DNA from: Candidatus Iainarchaeum sp.
GTDB lineage: Archaea; Iainarchaeota; Iainarchaeia; Iainarchaeales; CSSED10-239
Assembly: GCA_937968065.1 (NCBI GenBank)
Contig: CALBUD010000007.1
Coordinates: 1 to 8,667 of the forward strand
Direction: 5' to 3'
DNA: 8,667 nucleotides
In this document: in pieces, positions 1 to 5,438 of the stretch
How the letters are laid out: each line of letters opens with the position of its first letter
Position numbering within the stretch: position 1 is the first letter of the stretch
Program-made: the position numbers and the translations under genes
Notes under the pieces: model-generated
The model's input: only the letters and a program-made list of their open reading frames with translations
What the model was told of the DNA's origin: nothing
Database searches by the model: none

Positions 1-422
1 TTATTAATTATTAAATTTCTTAAAATATTTTCATTAAACTTCCATAAAATACTCTCTTCTGTTTCATAATAGTTTTGTAAAATTAAATCTGAAATTTCGT
101 AATTAATATTTATTTGATCTTTTGATTCATCAAAATTAATTATAACATTTGAATAATTTTTAAGATAAATGTTTGGTTTTAATTTTGAATCAATTAGTGC
201 AAATTTATCTAAATCAATATTAGCTTCTAATATTTTTTGTTTAAAATTTAATTTATCATTTAAAATAAAAGGATCATATTCAACATCCCAAACTTCTGTG
301 ACGTATGCTTTTTGTGGACTTTTAATTTCTATAACTATATCGAAATTAGTTAATTTTGCAGAATAAATATTTGGTAGTAATAAGATTAATAATAAAAAAA
401 TGTATAATATATTTTTATTCAT
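1..422 (-). CDS. Hypothetical secreted/surface protein, N-terminal part only (gene runs off the left edge)
   Basis: Not in the supplied ORF track. On the reverse strand there is an ATG at 422..420. I checked every triplet in that phase and the frame stays open for all 140 codons to position 1, with an in-frame upstream stop at 461..459. The translation begins MNKNILYIFLLLILLLPNIYSA-KLTNFDIVIEIKSPQKAYVTEVWDVEYDPF... This has a basic n-region, a Leu/Ile hydrophobic core and a small-residue Y-S-A site, which looks like a Sec-type signal peptide. A TATA-like box sits 22 nt upstream. No protein family recognised. Confidence 0.6.
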   Translation of the reverse strand, partial: MNKNILYIFLLLILLLPNIYSAKLTNFDIVIEIKSPQKAYVTEVWDVEYDPFILNDKLNFKQKILEANIDLDKFALIDSKLKPNIYLKNYSNVIINFDESKDQININYEISDLILQNYYETEESILWKFNENILRNLIIN

Positions 423-444
423 ATTAATATATGGTAGAATTAAG

Positions 445-453
445 TTTATATAT
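445..453 (-). promoter_or_regulatory. Candidate TATA box for the left-edge gene
   Basis: The minus strand reads ATATATAAA, preceded by purine-rich AGAAAAG (BRE-like). Exactly 22 nt (444..423) separate it from the ATG at 422. The box centre is at -27 relative to the ATG, which fits a leaderless transcript. Confidence 0.4.
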
Positions 454-480
454 CTTTTCTAAAATTAAGAAAACAATACC

Positions 481-489
481 TTTTAAATA
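481..489 (+). promoter_or_regulatory. Candidate TATA box for the MBL-fold hydrolase gene
   Basis: TTTTAAATA lies exactly 22 nt (490..511) upstream of the ATG at 512. The identical 9-mer occurs at identical spacing upstream of lonB. Confidence 0.45.
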
Positions 490-511
490 AAAATAGGGTT
501 AATATATATAT

Positions 512-1207
512 ATGAGTATAAGTATTAAATATTTAGGCCATTCTTCTTTTATAATAACAATTGATAAAAAAAAAATTTTAACAGACCCTTATTTTGGAAA
601 TACTCCTTTAGGTAGATTAAAACGATTAGTTCCTTGTGCACATGATATTGATGATATTCCAAAAATTGATACTATTTTAATAAGTCATGAACATCTTGAT
701 TGTTTTGATAAAGATGCAATAAACATTCTTTCTAAAAAATATGAACCAAAAATAATTGCACACCATAGCATTCTAAAAGAATTAGATGGAAATACACATA
801 ATAAAATTTCAATTATTGAATATGAATCAAAAGATATTAATAATGTGAATTTTACAGCATATCCTGCACATCATCCTGCGGCATTTTATCCTTTAAGTTT
901 TCTAATTAAAAACAAAAAAGGAAAATCAGTTTATTTTGCAGGAGATACACACATGACAAAAGATCATGATATTATTAAACCAACAATTGCTTTAATACCA
1001 ATTGGTGGAAAAAGAACCATGGATCTTGGAACGGCTATTAGAGTTATGAAAAAAATGAGACCAAATTATGTTATTCCTATGCATTATAATACATTTGAAG
1101 ATATTTTAAAAAATCCAAATGAATTAATTTATAGATTTGGTAAAAATTACACTGATGTTAATACAGTTATTTTAGCTCCAGGAAAAACATTTAGATATAA
1201 AGTTTAA
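512..1207 (+). CDS. Metallo-beta-lactamase-fold metal-dependent hydrolase (UPF0173 / Lactamase_B_3-like)
   Basis: 231-aa ORF. The N-terminus IKYLGHSSFIITIDKKKILTDPYF is typical of small archaeal MBL-fold hydrolases. It carries the metal motif SHEHLDC (HxHxD, with Cys where the family usually has His), followed by AHHP, FAGDTH and PMHYNTF as the downstream His/Asp ligand motifs. Substrate unknown. Confidence 0.85.
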   Translation: MSISIKYLGHSSFIITIDKKKILTDPYFGNTPLGRLKRLVPCAHDIDDIPKIDTILISHEHLDCFDKDAINILSKKYEPKIIAHHSILKELDGNTHNKISIIEYESKDINNVNFTAYPAHHPAAFYPLSFLIKNKKGKSVYFAGDTHMTKDHDIIKPTIALIPIGGKRTMDLGTAIRVMKKMRPNYVIPMHYNTFEDILKNPNELIYRFGKNYTDVNTVILAPGKTFRYKV

Positions 1208-2124
1208 TAATCATTTATTTCTAAAGAATCTAAATCATTTGAAACTTCTATTTTTTTATATTTATTTAAATTATTAACAAGATCTTTTTTAGTTTTATAT
1301 CTTGTAGAAATATGTGTTAGATATAATTTTTTTGCTTTTATTTTTTTTGAAAAATTTAAAACTTCAGAAAAAAAAGAATGCTTCATTTTTTTTGCTTTTT
1401 CTTTTTCTAAATCTGAAAAAGTACATTCATGGATTAATATATCTGGAGAATTAAATAATTTGTTTTCTTTTTTTAAAACAGCTGTATCTGTAAAATAAAT
1501 TATTTTTTTACCTATTTTTTTAAATGAAAAATCCATTACTTGTTTTGGGGTTATTGTTTTTCCATTAATTTTAATTGATTTTCCACTTTGAAGTTTTGAA
1601 AAAAGAGGTCCTTCTGGTATTTTTAATTTTAAGGCTTTTTTTTTATTAAACTTTCCTATCTTATCTTTTATCTTAAAAATATATCCATAAGTCTCTATTG
1701 AATGATCTAGCTTTATTGAAGTTATAGATAAATCATTAAATAAAAATTTTTGATTTGCTTTAACTTCTTTAATTATTACCAAATAAGTTAAATTTAAAGA
1801 AGAATATTTAAAAAAATCCTCTGTTTTTTTTTTATATCCTCTTGGAACATAAATAAATAAATCTTCTTCTCTTTTATATAAAGACATACTAGATAAAAGA
1901 CCTATAAGACCATAATAATGATCTCCATGAAAATGAGTTATGAATATATGTTTTATTTTTAAAATACTTTGATTAGATTTAAGTATTTGTTGTTGAACAT
2001 TTTCAGAAGCATCAAAAAGATAGTTTACTCCTTTATATTTTATAAGTAAAGAAGATAAGTTTCTTTCTTTTGTAGGCGTGCTTGCACTTGTTCCTAAAAA
2101 ATAAATATTTATTTTATCAGTCAT
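1204..2124 (-). CDS. rnz: Ribonuclease Z (tRNA 3' endonuclease, short form)
   Basis: 306-aa ORF. It has the N-terminus IYFLGTSASTPTKERNLSSLLIKY..YLFDASENVQQQILK, the HxHxDH motif ITHFHGDHYYGLIGLL, LIHECTF, and the C-terminal LTHISTRY. All are hallmark RNase Z motifs at the typical length. Confidence 0.9.
   Translation of the reverse strand: MTDKINIYFLGTSASTPTKERNLSSLLIKYKGVNYLFDASENVQQQILKSNQSILKIKHIFITHFHGDHYYGLIGLLSSMSLYKREEDLFIYVPRGYKKKTEDFFKYSSLNLTYLVIIKEVKANQKFLFNDLSITSIKLDHSIETYGYIFKIKDKIGKFNKKKALKLKIPEGPLFSKLQSGKSIKINGKTITPKQVMDFSFKKIGKKIIYFTDTAVLKKENKLFNSPDILIHECTFSDLEKEKAKKMKHSFFSEVLNFSKKIKAKKLYLTHISTRYKTKKDLVNNLNKYKKIEVSNDLDSLEINDY
1251..1257 (+). terminator. Possible oligo-T terminator for the hydrolase transcript, embedded in the 3' coding end of rnz
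   Basis: A T7 run lies 44 nt downstream of the hydrolase stop. There is no intergenic space because the convergent genes overlap. Archaeal termination commonly uses oligo-T tracts. Confidence 0.3.
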
Positions 2125-2148
2125 ATATAATTATATTAAAAACAAATG

Positions 2149-2157
2149 TATTTTAAT
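2149..2157 (-). promoter_or_regulatory. Candidate TATA box for rnz
   Basis: The minus strand reads ATTAAAATA, 24 nt (2148..2125) upstream of the rnz ATG at 2124. Confidence 0.35.
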
Positions 2158-2195
2158 AATATTGCTATATATATTATTTATATGTTTTAAACTAT

Positions 2196-2204
2196 TTTTA
2201 AATA
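2196..2204 (+). promoter_or_regulatory. Candidate TATA box for lonB
   Basis: TTTTAAATA lies exactly 22 nt (2205..2226) upstream of the ATG at 2227, with the same sequence and spacing as at 481..489. Confidence 0.45.
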
Positions 2205-2226
2205 ACTATATAAATTTTGATAAAAT

Positions 2227-4098
2227 ATGAAAAAAGAAAGTAAAAAAGAAAAAAAGTATAATAACACTTCTGAAATTCAAGTTCCTAAAAGATTAATTGA
2301 TCAAGTTATTGGACAGGATAGAGCAATTAATTTAATTAAAAAAGCTGCATATCAAAAAAGACATATTCTGCTTATTGGTGAACCTGGAACAGGAAAATCA
2401 ATGATTGCAGCCTCTCTTGCAGAAACCTTACCTCCTTATCAATTAAAAGATATTTTAGTTTATCCAAACATGGAAGATTCACACAACCCAATTGTTAAAG
2501 TTGTAAATGCTGGAGATGGTAAAAAAATTGTTGATAATGCAAAATTAGATGCAGCAAAAGAAAATAGTACACAAAGAATATTAAGTTTTTTACTTCCTAT
2601 GGGTTGGCTTTTACTTTCTGTTTTGTTATGGCAATTTAAAGTTATATCAGACACTGTTTTTGGAGCAATGCTTATCCTTTCTGGATTTATTATGATTGCA
2701 ACAGCTTTAAGTTTACAAATGATGCAAAAAGGAAAAAAACTAACACCTAAACTTCTAATTGATAATGCTGGAAAAAAACAAGTTCCTTTTATTGATGCTA
2801 CTGGTGCTAGAGCTGGTGCTCTTTTAGGAGATGTTTTACATGATCCTTTACAATCAGGTGGTCTTGGAACCCCTCCTCATTATAGAGTGGTACCTGGTAT
2901 GATTCATAAAGCAAATGGTGGAGTTTTATTCTTAGATGAAATTGCATCTCTCTCACCAAAATCTCAACAAGAACTATTAACTATCTTACAAGAAAAAAAA
3001 TACAGTGTTACTGGACAATCAGAACTTTCAAGTGGTGCTATGGTAAGAACAACTCCTGCACCTTGTGATTTTATATTAGTTGCTGCAGGAAATTATCAAG
3101 ATCTTGAAAAAGTACATCCTGCTATAAGATCAAGAATTAGAGGTTCTGGGTATGAATGTCAAATGAATGTTGATATTCCAGATAATGATGAAAATAGATA
3201 TAAGATTGCACAGTTTGTGGCACAAGAAATTTTAAAAGATGAAAAAATTCCTCACTTTACAAAAGAAGCTGTTGATGAAATAATTTTCGAAGCAAGAAAA
3301 AGAGCTACAAGAAAAAATCATTTAAGTTTAAAGTTAAGAGAACTTGGAGGTCTTGTAAGAGCTGCAGGTGATATTGCTAAAGAAAAAGGATTAGATTTTA
3401 CAACAAAACAAGAAGTTTTAGATGCTAAAAATTCATCAGCTACTTTAGAACAACAAATTGTTTCAAAAATGATGGATGTTAAAAAAGATTATGATATTTT
3501 TAAAGTATCTGGAAATAAAATTGGAAGAGTTAATGGTCTTGCAGTTATGGGTGTTACAGATGCTGGTATTATGCTTCCTATCGAATGTGAAGTTACATTT
3601 GCACAATCACAAAATCAAGGAAAAGTAATTGCTACAGGAAAGTTAGGAGAAATTGCAAAAGAATCTGTTGAAAATGTTTCTGCAATTTTTAAAAAATTAA
3701 CAGGAAAAGATATCTCAAATTATGATACACATATACAATTTTTACAAACACATGGAGTTGAAGGAGATTCTGCATCAATATCTATAGCCTCTGCAGTTAT
3801 TTCTGTTCTTGAAAAAATACCTGTTATTCAAAGTGTTGCAATGACAGGATCATTATCAATCAGAGGGGAAGTTTTACCTGTTGGTGGAGTTACTGGAAAG
3901 ATTAATGCTGCTATAAATGCAAAGATAAAGAAAGTTTTAATACCTTATGCAAACAAAGATGATGTTGTTTTATCAAAAGAAAGTCATAAAAAAATAGAGA
4001 TAATTCCTGTTAAAACAATTAAAGATGTTATTGAACATTCTTTTAAAGATTGTTCTCAAAAAGAGAAGTTATTAAAAAAAATATCTTCTTTAAAATAA
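2227..4098 (+). CDS. lonB: Archaeal membrane-bound ATP-dependent Lon protease (LonB type)
   Basis: 623-aa ORF. The N-terminus is [46 protein letters not shown], with Walker A GEPGTGKS at nt 2377..2400. Two hydrophobic helices ([20 protein letters not shown] and [20 protein letters not shown], about nt 2578..2715) are inserted between Walker A and Walker B (GVLFLDEI), which is the defining LonB topology. The C-terminal protease domain has EGDSAS (Ser codon 3769..3771) and [11 protein letters not shown], with the Lys 43 residues after the Ser (Ser-Lys dyad). Confidence 0.93.
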   Translation: MKKESKKEKKYNNTSEIQVPKRLIDQVIGQDRAINLIKKAAYQKRHILLIGEPGTGKSMIAASLAETLPPYQLKDILVYPNMEDSHNPIVKVVNAGDGKKIVDNAKLDAAKENSTQRILSFLLPMGWLLLSVLLWQFKVISDTVFGAMLILSGFIMIATALSLQMMQKGKKLTPKLLIDNAGKKQVPFIDATGARAGALLGDVLHDPLQSGGLGTPPHYRVVPGMIHKANGGVLFLDEIASLSPKSQQELLTILQEKKYSVTGQSELSSGAMVRTTPAPCDFILVAAGNYQDLEKVHPAIRSRIRGSGYECQMNVDIPDNDENRYKIAQFVAQEILKDEKIPHFTKEAVDEIIFEARKRATRKNHLSLKLRELGGLVRAAGDIAKEKGLDFTTKQEVLDAKNSSATLEQQIVSKMMDVKKDYDIFKVSGNKIGRVNGLAVMGVTDAGIMLPIECEVTFAQSQNQGKVIATGKLGEIAKESVENVSAIFKKLTGKDISNYDTHIQFLQTHGVEGDSASISIASAVISVLEKIPVIQSVAMTGSLSIRGEVLPVGGVTGKINAAINAKIKKVLIPYANKDDVVLSKESHKKIEIIPVKTIKDVIEHSFKDCSQKEKLLKKISSLK

Positions 4099-4115
4099 TT
4101 AGAAGTGATTAATTT

Positions 4116-4613
4116 ATGATAAATATAAAATATTTGTTATTAGGAGTAATTATTTTATTATTGGTGGTTTTATTTATTTTTAAAGTGCCAATAATTGAGA
4201 AAGGAGAAAATACTATTTTTAAAAATAACACCACAACTAAGACTACAACAAATAACAATATTCCTGATAACAACGAAACAATAGATCAAAATAATTTTGA
4301 TGAAGTTAAAACTATTGAAGAAAAAAAAATAATACAAGAGATTTTAGAAGATATAAATGAAAATAATTATTGTGAAGAAGATAAAGATTGTGCGATAAGT
4401 TGTTTTAATACTCCTCATGAATTTGCATGTGGATATCCATATCTTTATAATGTGCAAACAAGTCAAAAAAATTTAGAATCATTAATTGAAAAATTAAATG
4501 AAGAAGAAAGAAAAATAAATGCAAATACTTCTTGTTTTTATAGCTTTTGTGATGACTCTTATTTAGAAACATTAAGTTATTCTTGCCAAAATAAAAAATG
4601 TGTTTTTAATTAA
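4116..4613 (+). CDS. Hypothetical membrane-anchored / secreted 8-cysteine protein
   Basis: 165-aa ORF starting 17 nt after the lonB stop, with GTGAT (4105..4109) 6 nt before the ATG. It has an N-terminal hydrophobic anchor MINIKYLLLGVIILLLVVLFIFKV and an Asn/Thr-rich linker. The C-terminal module carries eight Cys spaced C-x5-C-x3-C-x8-C-x34-C-x4-C-x11-C-x4-C. A structured domain layout in a 165-codon open frame of an AT-rich genome supports real coding. No family recognised. Confidence 0.6.
   Translation: MINIKYLLLGVIILLLVVLFIFKVPIIEKGENTIFKNNTTTKTTTNNNIPDNNETIDQNNFDEVKTIEEKKIIQEILEDINENNYCEEDKDCAISCFNTPHEFACGYPYLYNVQTSQKNLESLIEKLNEEERKINANTSCFYSFCDDSYLETLSYSCQNKKCVFN
4588..4598 (-). terminator. 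Possible oligo-T terminator for pcn, embedded in the last codons of the converging gene
   Basis: The minus strand reads TTTTTTATTTT, 12 to 22 nt downstream of the pcn stop (4612..4610). On the plus strand the same bases encode ..QNKK.. of ORF 4116..4613. Confidence 0.3.
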
Positions 4614-5326
4614 ATTAACATACTTGACAAATAAAACTTAATTTTAACTTTATTTTCAATATCATACTCAAGATAAAGAGGAGAATCATCGCTTATTTTT
4701 AAAAGAATTTCTTTATCATTGTCTATTGGTTTTGTTATGTTTTTAAGATATGCTAAAGAAAATTTAACAGAGATATTCTTTTTTGATTTTACTTTCACCT
4801 TTGAAAGATTAATCTCTATGTTTCCTTTATCTCCTTCTGCTTCAATTATAAATTTATTATCTTTAACTTTAAATAAAACAGTTGATCCTATTAAAGTAAT
4901 ATCTTTTAAAATTTCTTTTAAAATAAAAGATTTAATATTTATTTCACAATCGTATTTAATTTCAGGTATTGTTAATTCATTTTCAGAAATATCCATATAA
5001 CTAATATTAAATTTTCTATCAATTGGTCCTAAAAGATTAATTTCTAAAGAATTTTCTTTAAGATCCATTTTTAATTTATCAGTATCAAAAGCTCTTGAAA
5101 CAATGTTATGTAATTCATGTATATTTAAACCAATAAGATTTGGTTCAACTATATAATTTTCAAAAGCAGTTTTTGGAAAATAAAAATCAAGTAAGATTAT
5201 TTGGGTTTTATCAACAGCTCTTATATAGATGCCATCTTGTTTAAATCTTACATTTGTTTCTTGTATAAGTGAAGAAATTGCTTCTAAAGATTTTTTAAAA
5301 AGAAAAGTATTTTTTCCTGTTATCAT
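4610..5326 (-). CDS. pcn: DNA polymerase sliding clamp (PCNA)
   Basis: 238-aa ORF. The N-terminal domain pattern FKKSLEAISSLIQETNVRFKQDGIYIRAVDKTQIILLDFYFPKTAFENYIVEPNLIGLNIHELHNIVSRA follows the archaeal PCNA consensus (xxAxxxLvdEaxfxxxxdGixxrAmDxsxvxLxxxxlxxxxFxxY...iGvnlxxLxkilkra). The length is close to the usual ~245 aa, and the gene is divergently paired with the clamp-loader gene. Called by family resemblance from memory, not by a search. Confidence 0.82.
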   Translation of the reverse strand: MITGKNTFLFKKSLEAISSLIQETNVRFKQDGIYIRAVDKTQIILLDFYFPKTAFENYIVEPNLIGLNIHELHNIVSRAFDTDKLKMDLKENSLEINLLGPIDRKFNISYMDISENELTIPEIKYDCEINIKSFILKEILKDITLIGSTVLFKVKDNKFIIEAEGDKGNIEINLSKVKVKSKKNISVKFSLAYLKNITKPIDNDKEILLKISDDSPLYLEYDIENKVKIKFYLSSMLI

Positions 5327-5351
5327 TTTTTATCACATTTAAATATTTATT

Positions 5352-5409
5352 ACTTAAGTTATATTTATAAAACATGGTTTTTTTATAATTAATAAATATA
5401 TACTTAAGT
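5352..5409. promoter_or_regulatory. Mirrored pair of ACTTAAGT palindromes with flanking A/T boxes in the pcn/rfcL divergent promoter region (candidate operator pair)
   Basis: Exact 8-bp palindrome ACTTAAGT occurs at 5352..5359 and 5402..5409, 50 bp apart start to start. The arms 5352..5368 (acttaagttatatttat) and 5392..5409 (ataaatatatacttaagt) form a 17/18-nt inverted repeat with one 1-nt indel around a 23-nt centre. Confidence 0.45.
5362..5370 (-). promoter_or_regulatory. Candidate TATA box for pcn (would give a short SD-containing leader)
   Basis: The minus strand reads TTATAAATA, 35 nt upstream of the pcn ATG (5326). With the roughly 22-nt TATA-to-start spacing seen at other genes, this gives a leader of about 13 nt containing GTGAT (5336..5332). 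A/T-rich alternatives closer to the ATG exist, so the assignment is tentative. Confidence 0.3.
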
Positions 5410-5418
5410 TTTTAATTA
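5410..5418 (+). promoter_or_regulatory. Candidate TATA box for rfcL
   Basis: TTTTAATTA lies 20 nt (5419..5438) upstream of the ATG at 5439, immediately after the second ACTTAAGT copy. It is one mismatch from the TTTTAAATA boxes of the hydrolase and lonB genes. An alternative box is ATAAATATA at 5392..5400. Confidence 0.35.
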
Positions 5419-5438
5419 CTTCCTAAATATATTATATT

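Noticed and set aside
169-366. 65-aa plus-strand ORF from the supplied track
   Set aside because: It lies entirely antisense to the longer, better-supported minus-strand ORF (1..422), which has a signal peptide and a promoter at canonical spacing. Its translation is low-complexity S/F/I-rich, with no start context. It is a shadow ORF.
512-2124. Two adjacent MBL-fold genes as a possible tandem or inverted duplication
   Set aside because: Apart from the generic HxHxD-type metal motifs, the two proteins share no evident sequence similarity and differ in length and motif order. RNase Z is a distinct, well-defined family.
2581-2599. ttaagttttttacttccta inside lonB resembles the rfcL promoter segment ttaagtttttaattacttccta (5404..5425)
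   Set aside because: It lies in the middle of the lonB transmembrane-coding region (..ILSFLLPM..). The match needs a 3-nt gap, and such A/T-rich similarity is expected by chance. There is no evidence for an internal promoter.
2460-2654. 64-aa minus-strand ORF inside lonB
   Set aside because: It is fully embedded antisense in the confidently identified LonB gene, across its transmembrane insertion. It has no promoter or SD context and no recognisable features.
2227-4613. Lon-like protease plus small adjacent protein as a possible defence or toxin-type module
   Set aside because: The protease is a canonical housekeeping archaeal LonB, with full AAA+ motifs, a TM insertion and a Ser-Lys dyad. 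It is not a stand-alone Lon-like protease domain of the kind seen in defence systems. There are no nuclease, methylase or other defence partners nearby.
4719-5000. 93-aa plus-strand ORF inside pcn
   Set aside because: It is antisense shadow of the PCNA gene. Its F/S/I/L-rich translation is typical of the complement of K/E/N-rich coding sequence in A/T-rich DNA.
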